Shown in pieces: positions 26,606-39,278 of a stretch of 64,000 nucleotides of DNA. The notes under the pieces were generated by a model that did no database searches, was not told the origin of the DNA, and saw nothing but the letters and a program-made list of their open reading frames with translations. This DNA is from Octopus sinensis. Taxonomy: Eukaryota. Numbering within the stretch: the first letter of the stretch is position 1; every line of letters starts with the position of its first letter. The DNA lies in assembly GCF_006345805.1 (NCBI RefSeq), contig NC_043021.1:9858001-9922000 (forward strand), in the 5' to 3' direction. Position numbers and translations under genes: made by a program.

Positions 26606-26628
26606 TCACTTCCTTCTTTCTTCAGGTG
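26606..26628 (-). CDS. Candidate micropeptide exon 3 (S-PEERRK*)
   Basis: Acceptor ttttctttacctgtag|CA CCT GAA GAA AGA AGG AAG TGA; phase matches exon 29579-29547. Confidence 0.35.
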
Positions 26629-27339
26629 CTACAGGTAAAGAAAATTGAATAGCCAATCATAATTTATCAGTTCTAATGCAACACAAACTGAAAAACCCTG
26701 AAGAAAATGCTTGACTTCAAAAATACCATATGTCACAGGTTTCCAATCTTTGGTTTCACTTTCAAAGAGAAGATTAGAGATTCAACAACAATTTTTCCTT
26801 GTTTGGAATATTGCAATTAAAAGCAATGGAAGTCTCCTTGTGAATTAAGGAATGATTCCTCAATGTGGTTGCTTGTCTTGTTAGAAGTCAAATCTCCTTC
26901 AAATCACAACCAACCATCTTAAAAATTAGTAAGACATTGCACAATGTATTTCTAGATTATGTCTAAAAAAATTAAGACATGATGGTCACATCTGGAATGA
27001 CTTTGATCTGCTCGATCAGAAATGACATAAGGAGAAACAACATCAACCAAGTAACAATGATAACTAAAGAGCTTAAATATTTCAGAATTCATGATAAAAT
27101 TCATTTTTAAGAAGCCCCTTTTGGCATAGTTTGGATCAAAATTGTTAAATGACATGGTGCGATAAACACTATTATGGTCTAGGACCCACTGAAAGACTTG
27201 AACCCAGTTATGTGACTTAATGAATAAATACCTCCACATACCATTTTAGGGATGCTGAGCCAAATTTAGTAGTTTTATATAAGAACTTAATGCAACACCA
27301 ATGATGGTGTAAAACCAAAGACCATGCAGCCGACTCATG

Positions 27340-28285
27340 CATCTCTAGGAAATGGTATGGCATGCAACCATGACCAAAATTGGACAGCCAAAGAACAAAG
27401 ATGTTTTGAAACAGTAGTAACTTCAAATTACCAAGATTTACAAAAGTTTTTCATCAGATTATTCACTGTTGAAATAACATTATCCAAACCATGAGAATTA
27501 ACAAATACAAAATATCAAATTCATGAAAATAGCCATGGTGAACTACAACTTTGTCTTGAAGGAAAGTGGTTTTTAAAACAATTTTTGTTAATAAACCAAT
27601 TAAAAAAAAAGGCTCTTGAAATGTATCAGGACACACTATTAGCTCATGAATCTCTAGGAAATGAGATGGCATGAAACTGACCAAAATTGGACAGCAAAGA
27701 ACAAAGACATTTTGAAACAATAGCAACTTCGAATCACCAAGATTTACAAAAGTTTCTCATCAGATTACTTACTGCAAAATAAAATTCTCCAAATCACTAG
27801 AATTGACAAATTCAAAATATTAAATTTATGTAATTAGCCATGGTAAACTGTGACTTTGTCTTGAAGGAAAGTGATTTTAAAACAATCTTTGTTAATAAAC
27901 CAAATAAAACAGGATATATTTTTTTAAGTTTTTAAAAAATAAAACCTCTTGAAATGTTAAAAATGTAGCCGGATATACTACTAGTTTATGAATCACTAGG
28001 AAATGATCTGACATGAAACCATGGCGAAAATTGGACACCAAAGAACAAAGACATTTTGAAACAGTAGTAACTTCAAAATTACCAAGGCTTACAAAAGTTT
28101 TCAGATTATTTGCTCTGCAATAAAATTATCCAAACCATTACAACTGACAAATTCAAAATATTAAATTCATGTAATTAGCTGTAGTAAAGTGTAACTTTGT
28201 CTTGAAGGAAAGTAATTTTAAAACAATTTTTGCTGATCAACCAATTAAAATAGGACATAGAAAATCTCTCGAAATGTTTAAAAAT
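27340..28285. repeat. Degenerate tandem repeat, three units of ~300-340 bp
   Basis: tctaggaaatg...caaaattggaca...aaagaacaaaga...ttttgaaaca..agtaacttc starts at ~27340, ~27651 and ~27993. Confidence 0.85.
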
Positions 28286-29546
28286 GAAATGAAGTCAAAT
28301 TTCACCTACAGAAACAAATTAGCATAAGATACTTTAAAAAAATTCTGCCAAGCCTTCTACCTCTCACCAATGAAAGGAAGAACAATGTATACAAATCACA
28401 GAGTTCATTAAATATTATAATTAATGATAATGCTTAAAGATTTGTTTGTATTATATTTGAAACCAGTGATAACAGTAGAGGGATCAAACTTTCTAAGCTG
28501 ATAGGATTCTATGTTCAAAGAGTTTAAAATGATAATAATTTCAAATTTTGACACAGTTAGCAATTTTAGGATATGGGGGAGGGGTTAGTGGATTGCAATG
28601 CCTCTGGTACTCAACTGCTACTTATTCTATTGACTCCATGAAGATGAAAGATGAAGTCCAACTTTGGCGGAATTTGGATTCAGAACATAACTACTGCCTG
28701 CCCAAAATGACAAAGGTTTTTAAAATAACAACAACAATAATAATGGTTTTAAATTTTGGCACAAGGCCAGCAATTTCGAAGAGGGGGGGGGTAAGTTGTT
28801 TACATCAATCCAGAAAGAATGAAAGGAAAGCTGAACTCAGAACATAAAGATGGATGAAATGCCGCTAAGCAATTCGTTTGGCTGTTGAGCTTTATCATGT
28901 TAGAGGAGCCTTGAGAAAAACAAATAACTCTAAGTTAATGAGGATCTAATCAGATGTAACATTAAGATTTAATGAAGCAAGCCACTTTGAAGACCAATGG
29001 CAAAAGCGGCAGAGCAAGTATCGTGAGCATATTTTTTTCTCGTTGTGTAATACCTGTAACGGGGAACGTAAGATGATCTTTTGGAAAGGAACCGTAAGCT
29101 TTGGCGCGATCACACAATGGAGATACTGATATTGCAGATAATCAGAGAGAGAGAGGATCTAATCTAACAACGAGGCAATAAAATAGCTCAGACATAGCTC
29201 CCCCGTCCCCGAAACATTTACAAGAACACACGACCAGCTTTCCACAACGATAATAAATCTTCTAGAGTCCCAGCACCAAGAGAGCAGCCATTGTGTTCAA
29301 AAAACTAGGTCATCGCACAATACTGTTTTTACCACTACGCAATTACATTTATCTCAGACAGTCTTACAACGAAAATGCCTTACGAATCATTAAAAAAAAA
29401 AAGAACTTTTTCTGTAAGCAATTCAGAAGATTATCTAAACATTCTATCTAATCTTATTACTCTGAAAATGTCTAACTAAGTTTAAATATTCACTTCGTGT
29501 CTTGCTTGTCTGTCTCGTCAAACTGCGAGTCTAAAATCTGACTCAC

Positions 29547-29579
29547 AGTTCAACAATCCGATTAGACACAGACACCATG
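29547..29579 (-). CDS. Candidate 33-nt exon 2 (A-WCLCLIGLLN)
   Basis: Strong acceptor tctttttctttccag| and donor ACT|gtgagt; also holds an ATG (MVSVSNRIVEL) in another frame. Confidence 0.45.
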
Positions 29580-29675
29580 CTGGAAAGAAAAAGACATTGA
29601 TCAAAGAAACGATTCTATAAAATTAGACATGCAATCGTCCCATTTTGATATTCCCTTTACCAATTAATCTCTAAG

Positions 29676-29716
<41 letters not shown>

Positions 29717-30740
29717 TATGTTTGTATTTGAAGCTGACTGTCTCTACTCGGAATTAAGAGTCTCTCCCACCCTATTTTAATTGCCTGAATAATAGCAAAG
29801 ACAAGAAACCAAATAGTTTGAAATTAACTTTTCCTCTTGTTTGTACATCCAAACATGGTATGTGTGTGTGTTCATTCAAAGATTCATAAAACCAAAAGGA
29901 AACCAAACCAACAAAGTGTTAAAGACTAGAACAGGATTCAAGTCAAACGAGTAAATCTTGGTGACTAATCAGAATTGAATATATATTAATAGAAAACGAG
30001 ACATCGTTTTCAGTTTCATAGAGACCACTTTCAAGATGATGACATCTTGAGAATTGACAAAAAATGTAGTTTTAAAATTTTAAATCAGTGTTCTATTTAT
30101 AGCATATAATTTAGACGAAATCCAAATTGGATTGAAAATCATAAATGATACTGTATAAAACATCGTAAAACAAGTTAATATTTCATTGAGGAAAGCCGTA
30201 AGTTCTGGTAGGTTTTTAGATTTGGGCCAGTTATTTGTCTTTTCATTAGTGCATAAGTTATGTGAATAATTTAAGAAAATAAACGGAACAAAAAGTGGAA
30301 AAAAATAGAAATAAAAAAAGTATTTAAAGGATTTTATCTTGTAATCTATGTAGAAAATCTCAGAATTAATGTCATACAGAAGTAGGACAAAGCAATGTAG
30401 CAATGACTAAGCAATTTGGCCAGCTTTCACCAGGAACAAAAAAAAAAGTCGACAATGAAAATGGGCAAAGAAAGTAAATTCGTGGGGGTGCCGAATGAGT
30501 TCAATTAAACTTAGAAATAGAAAGTCTAATGCTTCAGATTCTACTTTACAACAGAGAGTAGAAAAAGGTTAGACAACCATTGTCTTCCTCTTTTTTCTAC
30601 TGTTGAAGGACAAAAATCCGAAACGTCAAATTCTCTACTCCTCGCGCAAGAGAACTTAATTCGACAATCGATAAGTCTTTCTGCTCATTTATTTTTGCCA
30701 ACGTACACCTTTCCCAGTTCCCTCGAAAGCCGGACTTTAC

Positions 30741-30813
30741 CTTTATACAAAGGCCAATTAAGGTCAAAGAGCATTGTTCGAAGGACTCTTAGGAATCTAC
30801 TGACTTCCTTGAT
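30741..30813 (-). other. Candidate 73-nt exon, copy 1 (inside duplication)
   Basis: ctctag|ATCAAG...TATAAAG|gtaaag; open frame IKEVSRFLRVLRTMLFDLNWPLYK. Confidence 0.25.
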
Positions 30814-31716
30814 CTAGAGTTCAATAAAGGAAGAGAGATAACAACTAGGATAATATTTATAATTGAAACTGGGAATGAACCACGACGGGAACAAAAAATA
30901 TTTAAACAAAAAAAAAAAAAAGACCTAAGTGAAAAGATTAAATGGGCGAATAAACCGATCAGTAAAAACTTTTTGGAAAGGTACAAAAATAGGGGGGGGG
31001 GGATGGGATGAAGCGAAAAAGGATAAACGAAACTCGGAATACTCGACCAACCAATTATATAAAGCAAGAATCATCATCCATGATTGAATTTTAAATTTTT
31101 CACTGTATGCGTTAGTGTGTAGTGTATGTATATACATATGTATATATATATATATATATATATACACAATATATATATATATACATATATATATACATAC
31201 ATATATACACATACATCTATATACACATATATATACATACATATATATATACACACATATATATATACACACATATATATATACAATATATATATCACAT
31301 ATATATACATACATATATACACATATATATACATACACATATATATACACATATATATAATACACATATATACACATATATATATATACACATATATATA
31401 TATACATATATATATATACATATATATATACATACATATATATATACACATATATATATACATACATATACGTGTATAGACATATACATATACACGTGTG
31501 TATGAATATACATATATAATCAAGTATATGCACTGTACTACATATACATTGTACATACTGCATATGCGTAATATACGTTATATAAATACATCTATACACA
31601 TACACACACACATACATACATACATACATACAAAATAAAGTCAAACTCGATCGATTTTTGAGAAAAGAAAATATTTTTCCTGTTACAATCAGATCCAGCC
31701 ATCCATACATATATAC

Positions 31717-31748
<32 letters not shown>

Positions 31749-32789
31749 ATATATATAATATATATATGTTTGTATTTGAAGCTGACTGTCTCTACTCGGA
31801 ATTAAGAGTCTCTCCCACCCTATTTTAATTGCCTGAATAATAGCAAAGACAAGAAACCAAATAGTTTGAAATTAACTTTTCCTCTTGTTTGTACATCCAA
31901 ACATGGTATGTGTGTGTGTTCATTCAAAGATTCATAAAACCAAAAGGAAACCAAACCAACAAAGTGTTAAAGACTAGAACAGGATTCAAGTCAAACGAGT
32001 AAATCTTGGTGACTAATCAGAATTGAATATATATTAATAGAAAACGAGACATCGTTTTCAGTTTCATAGAGACCACTTTCAAAGATGATGACATCTTGAG
32101 AATTGACAAAAAATGTAGTTTTAAAATTTTAAATCAGTGTTCTATTTATAGCATATAATTTAGACGAAATCCAAATTGGATTGAAAATCATAAATGATAC
32201 TGTATAAAACATCGTAAAACAAGTTAATATTTCATTGAGGAAAGCCGTAAGTTCTGGTAGGTTTTTAGATTTGGGCCAGTTATTTGTCTTTTCATTAGTG
32301 CATAAGTTATGTGAATAATTTAAGAAAATAAACGGAACAAAAAGTGAAAAAAATAGAAATAAAAAAAGTATTTAAAGGATTTTATCTTGTAATCTATGTA
32401 GAAAATCTCAGAATTAATGTCATACAGAAGTAGGACAAAGCAATGTAGCAATGACTAAGCAATTTGGCCAGCTTTCACCAGGAACAAAAAAAAAAGTCGA
32501 CAATGAAAATGGGCAAAGAAAGTAAATTCGTGGGGGTGCCGAATGAGTTCAATTAAACTTAGAAATAGAAAGTCTAATGCTTCAGATTCTTACTTTACAA
32601 CAGAGAGTAGAAAAAGGTTAGACAACCATTGTCTTCCTCTTTTTTCTACGGTTGAAGGACAAAAATCCGAAACGTCAAATTCTCTACTCCTCGCGCAAGA
32701 GAACTTAATTCGACAATCGATAAGTCTTTCTGCTCATTTATTTTTGCCAACGTACACCTTTCCCAGTTCCCTCGAAAGCCGGACTTTAC

Positions 32790-32862
32790 CTTTATACAAA
32801 GGCCAGTTAAGGTCAAAGAGCATTGTTCGAAGGACTCTTAGGAATCTACTGACTTCCTTGAT
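32790..32862 (-). other. Candidate 73-nt exon, copy 2 (inside duplication)
   Basis: Same as 30741-30813; the single difference (AAC/AAT) is synonymous in the open frame. Confidence 0.25.
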
Positions 32863-33762
32863 CTAGAGTTCAATAAAGGAAGAGAGATAACAACTAGGAT
32901 AATATTTATAATTGAAACTGGGAATGAAACCACGACGGGAACAAAAAATATTTAAACAAAAAAAAAAAAGACCTAAGTGAAAAGATTAAATGGGCGAATA
33001 AACCGATCAGTAAAAACTTTTTGGAAAGTACAAAAAATAGGGGGGGGGGATGGGATGAAGCGAAAAAGGATAAACGAAACTCGGAATACTCGACCAACCA
33101 ATTATATAAAGCAAAGAATCATCATCCATGATTGAATTTTAAATTTTTCACTGTATGCGTTAGTGTGTAGTGTATGTATATACATATGTATATATATATA
33201 TACATATATATATACACATATATATATATATATACATATATATATACATACATATATACACATACATATATATATACACATATATATACATACATATATA
33301 TATACACACATATATATATACACACATATATATATACACATATATATATACACATATATATACATACATATATACACATATATATACATACACATATATA
33401 TACACATATATATATATACACATATATACACATATATATATACACATATATATATATTATATATATACATATACACATATATATATATATACATATACAC
33501 ATATATATATACATACATATACGTGTATAGACATATACATATACACGTGTGTATGAATATACATATATAATCAAGTATATGCACTGTACTACATATACAT
33601 TGTACATACTGCATATGCGTAATAAACGTTATATAAATACATCTATACACATACACACACACATACATACATACATACAAAATAAAGTCAAACTCGATCG
33701 ATTTTTGAGAAAGAAAATATTTTTCCTGTTACAATCAGATCCAGCCATCCATACATATATAC

Positions 33763-33807
<45 letters not shown>

Positions 33808-33979
33808 GTTATATATATATGGACAGAAATTATTTTAAATGGAACATAACTGAACGTATACAATTAAAAACACATACACACACACACACAACACAATATA
33901 TATATATATATAATATATAAGAGAATGGAGACAAACTTAGCATCACAATAAATATATATATATATATATAAAATATTAT

Positions 33980-34016
<37 letters not shown>

Positions 34017-34096
34017 TATAATATGTAATATAATATAATATAAGGCACAAAACATGCAACAATGTTTGGTGAGGTTTTTTTTTTTACATTGCCTAC

Positions 34097-34178
34097 CTCC
34101 GACTAAAATGTTAACTAAAACATTGTAGACCGATATCCGTACTATGTATGAACAGAATGATGTGTGCGAGAGAAACAT
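34097..34178 (-). CDS. Candidate micropeptide exon 1 (MFLSHTSFCSYIVRISVYNVLVNILVG)
   Basis: ATG preceded by an in-frame TAG; ends at donor GGAG|gtaggc in phase 1. Confidence 0.35.
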
Positions 34179-34625
34179 GGGAGCCTAGACACGATACGCT
34201 TTTTGTCAATCCGGATGAAGGCCATTTTCCATTTCTAGGTGGTTGTTGTGTGGTTGTTGTCGATTGATTAATTATTACTTTTTTGTTGTTGTTGGTGTTG
34301 CTGTAGCTTTTTTTTTTATGCTTTCACTTCTCTTTCTTTCTTTCTTTCTTTCTTTCTTTTCGGCTTGGAAACACGAACCACCGAACCGACACGACAACCC
34401 CACAAAAAACAGAGCTTCAAGACATGAGAAAGCTAAGAGAAAAATCTCCTTTTTTTCCTGTTTCGTGGGGGAGTTGTTTTGTATATAAATATATATATAT
34501 TAGTATATATAAATAAATATATATATATTTTTTTTCTTCTTTTTCTGTATTTTACGAACTTGAAAATGTGTATGCGATTAAAACTGCATTTCCTTTGTAG
34601 TCGTACGCACAAGATGTAGGCTCTT

Positions 34626-34740
34626 ACTCACGTAACCTCATCCCGCCATACGCTTTAGGAACAGGCATTTCACTGAAGAAGGAGTAGAAAAATTATAATT
34701 GACGAAATCGACCAATCAGAAAGCGTGCTTTAGCAACACG
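34626..34740 (-). promoter_or_regulatory. Promoter-like site: CCAAT box, RFX half-site and a nearby splice donor
   Basis: gaCCAATcag at 34712, TAGCAAC at 34731-34737, minus-strand donor TTAC|gtgagtaag at 34632; CpG-rich context. Confidence 0.4.
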
Positions 34741-35284
34741 TGATACACATATATTTCTTCCTTCTTTCTTTCTTTCTTTCTTTTTTTTTATTTTCCCCCT
34801 TCCTCTCGGTTCTCGCCCACGTCGCTCTCCCGATCTTTAACGACTCGCTCACGACTTGCTTACTGACTGACTCATTATCTTTGTTTGTATCTCTCTCTCT
34901 CTGTGTTTATCCCTCACACCCGTTCACACACGGCTATTGTAGCCATTGTATCCCGTATACATACATACACGTAAATACATTACATTTATATGTAGATAGA
35001 TGTAGATGTATGTACGTGTGGACGGGAGAGAGCGAATGAATGAATGAAAGAGAGACAGAGGGTATCAATATTTCATCCGTTAATTGATTTCAGACCATGG
35101 TCTGCGGCCATACTGGAGCACCACCTTATTATTTTTTTGGGGGGGTTTATTTATTTATTACAATTTTATTATTTTTTTTTTTAGTTTTAGAGGGAAAGCG
35201 GAAGGGATTTTTTTTAAAAAGCGCTAAAACGAAAAACTACAAAGCGATCGCTGGAAAAATTCTATACAAGAAAAAGTTGTGCAT

Positions 35285-35294
35285 GTGTGTATGC

Positions 35295-35358
<64 letters not shown>

Positions 35359-35371
35359 GTGTATATATATG

Positions 35372-35420
<49 letters not shown>

Positions 35421-36153
35421 ATATATATGTGTGTGTGTATATATATATATATATGTGTGTGTATATATATGTGTGTGTATATATATATGTGTGTGTATAT
35501 ATATATATGTGTATATATATATATATGTGTATATATATATGTGTATATATATATATATGTGTATATATATATGTGTATATATGTATGTGTATATATATAT
35601 ATGTGTATATATATGTGTATATATATATATATGTGTATATATATATATGTGTATATATATGTGTATATATATGTATGTGTATATATATGTATGTGTATAT
35701 ATATATATGTGTTATATATATATGTGGTATATATATATATGTGTTATATATATATGTGTAATATATATATGTGTATATATAATATATGTGTATATATATG
35801 TATGTGTATATATTATATATATATATATATTATATATATATATATATATGTATATATGTGAAGATAGTTAAATAGAGTAGCGAGAAAGAGTGGTATAACA
35901 ACTGATAGCGAATGGGGAGAAGAAATGTGATTTTCTCTGATGATATCGCAAGTCTGTGACAAGTACTTTTATGCATTCATAAAGGCCATTTCTTGGAAGT
36001 ATCTTTAATCTCGTGTGTGTAGCACTTGCCTTGTTCTCTATTGTACTTCCTACAACTGTCATAAAATCTCTTAACCTCCCTTTTTAACGCACATGGTTTA
36101 TTATAGTTCATCTACGGACACACACACTGCCCATCACACGCACGTGTGTGTGT

Positions 36154-36238
<85 letters not shown>

Positions 36239-36241
36239 ACA

Positions 36242-36289
<48 letters not shown>

Positions 36290-36400
36290 TATTCATACAT
36301 ATATACCAAATATATATATAGATAGAGAGATATACATATATACACTATACATATATGTACATATATATATACACATATATATATATACATATATATATAT
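35285..36400. repeat. Compound (TA)n/(TG)n microsatellite blocks (35285-35860, 36140-36400)
   Basis: Directly visible; source of YI/CV-rich spurious ORFs. Similar blocks at 31115-31520, 33160-33560, 52150-52970. Confidence 0.95.
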
Positions 36401-38334
36401 TCTTATATGTAAATTTTCAAATATCTTTCTATGTATAGGTTTTTAACATTGATATATTAAAATGAAGTTATAATTTCATTAAGGATTAAATATGTAGTTT
36501 AAAATTTATTATATAATGTGTATATGTATATATATATATGTGTGTGTGTGTGTGTATACGGATGTGAGTAAATCTGTATGTATGTATACATGTGAAGGAG
36601 AGAGAGTAAAATAGTATTTTATGCTACTTAGACATTGCTATGGAAGAACCGTATATTTTGTTTAATATATATATCAATGTACAAAGACACAAAGAAACAG
36701 TTGAATGTACTTGTGTACTCGCACTCTTAAATGTTTGCCTGTGCATTAAGTATTACGATCTTTTTATTTAGATCGGTATATTCTTTTCTATTTGCTTACA
36801 ATTAAAAGCGCGATCTCGTCTGTCTGCATACATCACAGTATGGCTGTCTGACGAAGCGACTATGTCAGTCCTGTCATTCCGAACTTATCGATTACTGGCG
36901 AATGAGAACATGTGTGGATTGTATTTCATGAACTCGCCTAGCATTTCTCCTACCTGTAACTTATTGTTTGCTGCTGACTAATATTTCTTTGATTTTCAAA
37001 CGTGACTACAAAAATGGCTTCCGTCTAACTTAACTTTCTTCGTCTGATCGTCATTGCGTACCGCATTATAAATGTTGGCTACTAGAAAAATTAAATATTT
37101 AAAAAATTCTTTTAACATTATAAGTATGTACGTATGTATGTACATATGTGTGTGTCTGTACGGATGTATGTACGTACGTATATAGGTATATTCGTACGTA
37201 CGCATGTATATACATACGTATATACATGTGTAGGTATATTTTTGCTGGAGTTTTGAAATAGCTATCACAATCTCACGGGGAAGGAAGAAGAAACGGAACT
37301 GGAGTGGGGGACGTAAAAAAAAAACCCTGAAATTTTTAGACACAAAAAATTCCCTGAAGTACAGAAATACTAAAACGACGAAAGAAAAAACATGCAATTC
37401 CTTGCAGTTTTCCTTCTTCGTGATAGCTATTCCGAAATTTAGCCATTTTTTTAAAAACTTTATTCCATTTCATAAACTGGAACCTAATTTGAATACTTTT
37501 CGCTCAAGATCATTTCACAGTCACCTTTGCATATGTGAAATGACTTCTATTTTTTTTACACTTGAGAGGAGAGGGTCCTTAAATATGAGTTCTGTGGAAG
37601 CAATTCTATAAACCACAGAGTCGCTTCTTGCAAATGCCAGTAATCTCAAGGGTAAAAAAAGAAGCCAGAGATCCTATGAAACTACTAGGGAAAAGTAGCA
37701 GGTGATGCTAACTTATGCAAGTATCTTACAGTTGCGGTTCATATTTTCATCACACGCTATGAGTAGTTGGAGGACAAGAATTGCAGTACTGCATATAACT
37801 CCCTAAATACAGCCAACAGAGACGAAGCACTGGAAATACTCCCAAAGAATAGAACGAAGACACAACCTTTGCTGCAATGAGAATGTAACAAGGGCGAGCG
37901 AGGAATAGATGAAAGCAGTCCAGAGACATTAGTTTAAGTTCATTAAGAATACTGATCGAGCTAAAGTCGCATCTGATACAACGTACAAAGATGCACTAGG
38001 AGCACACATGAAATCAGTAACTGAAGAATTAGACAATTTCTATAATGAGAACAAGAACGCTGATGTCTATGAAACTGGAGAAATTTATTATCGTTACCAA
38101 TGATTCGCATTTTAGGGAAACCACTGATCAGCACCTTAGATTGTTACACTGAGCTACGAGGACCCTATTTTCAGCCATAAAGTAGCAGATAGCCTGCCAA
38201 CCAAGACTGGTCCATTCCTCAGAGAAGAACTTCAAAATGCTTAAATTGGTGGAAAAAAAAAAGACACTAGTTCCAGATAACATCTCAGTCATCACCTGGG
38301 AGAATTCACACATCCGCAAATATCTGTCGAACTC

Positions 38335-38712
38335 TTTTACTTGTTTCAGTCATTTGACTGTGGCCATGCTGGAGCACCGCCTTTAGTCCAGCAAATCGAC
38401 CCCAGGACTTATTCTTTGGAAGCCTAGTACTTATTATATCGGTCTCTTTTACCGAACCGTTAAGTTACGGGGACATAAACACACCAGCATCAGTTGTCAA
38501 GCGATGTTGGAGAGACAAACAAGACACACAAACATATACACACACATACATACATATACATATTTACGACGGGCTTCTTTCAGTTTCCGTCTACCAAATT
38601 CACTTATAAGGCTTTGGTCGGCCCAAGGCTATAGTAGAAGACACTTCCCAAAGGTGCCATGCAGTGGGACTGAACCCGGAACAATGTGGTTGGTAAGCAA
38701 GCTAATTACCAC
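38335..38712 (-). mobile_element. Near full-length family-B SINE inserted in the LINE relic
   Basis: Same sequence as 3240-3626. Confidence 0.9.
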
Positions 38713-38776
38713 ACTTATAACAACACTTATAAAAGAAACACGCAGTCATCGCGAACTCTTCAATTATTTTCATTTT

Positions 38777-39278
38777 CAAAGAAAGATGATCTTCACCTAT
38801 CTCATAACTATACAGGAATCACACTTTCGCCTCAAAGAAAGATGATCTTCACCTATCTCATAACTATACAGGAATCACACTTTCGCCTCAAAGAAAGATG
38901 ATCTTCACCTATCTCATAACTATACAGGAATCACACTTCGCCTCAAGAAAGATGATCTTCACCTATCTCATAACTATACAGGAATCACACTTTCGCCTCA
39001 AAGAAAGATGATCTTCACCTATCTCATAACTATACAGGAATCACACTTTCGCCTCAAAGAAAGATGATCTTCACCTATCTCATAACTATACAGGAATCAC
39101 ACTTTCGCCTCAAAGAAAGATGATCTTCACCTATCTCATAACTATACAGGAATCACACTTTCGCCTCAAAGAAAGATGATCTTCACCTATCTCATAACTA
39201 TACAGGAATCACACTTTCGCCTCAAAGAAAGATGATCTTCACCTATCTCATAACTATACAGGAATCACACTTTCGCCT
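38777..39278 (+). repeat. Minisatellite, 9 x 56 bp, nearly perfect
   Basis: Unit caaagaaagatgatcttcacctatctcataactatacaggaatcacactttcgcct starts at 38777, 38833, 38889, 38944, 38999, 39055, 39111, 39167, 39223; no spacers. Confidence 0.97.

Larger units (their letters stand above)
29700..33800. repeat. ~2.05-kb near-identical tandem duplication bounded by (TA)n
   Basis: gtttgtatttgaagctgactg at 29720 and 31768; few SNVs and single-base indels between copies; each carries a long (TA/CA)n block. Confidence 0.95.

Noticed and set aside
32543-32866. 107-aa plus-strand ORF
   Set aside because: No recognisable domain and the frame is broken in the duplicate copy.
30925-36446. Long YI/CV/HT-rich ORFs (up to 269 aa)
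   Set aside because: Translations of (TA)n/(CA)n microsatellites, which lack stops in several frames.
38777-39278. CRISPR-like array
   Set aside because: Units are contiguous with no unique spacers, no cas genes, eukaryotic context; the unit is LINE-derived.
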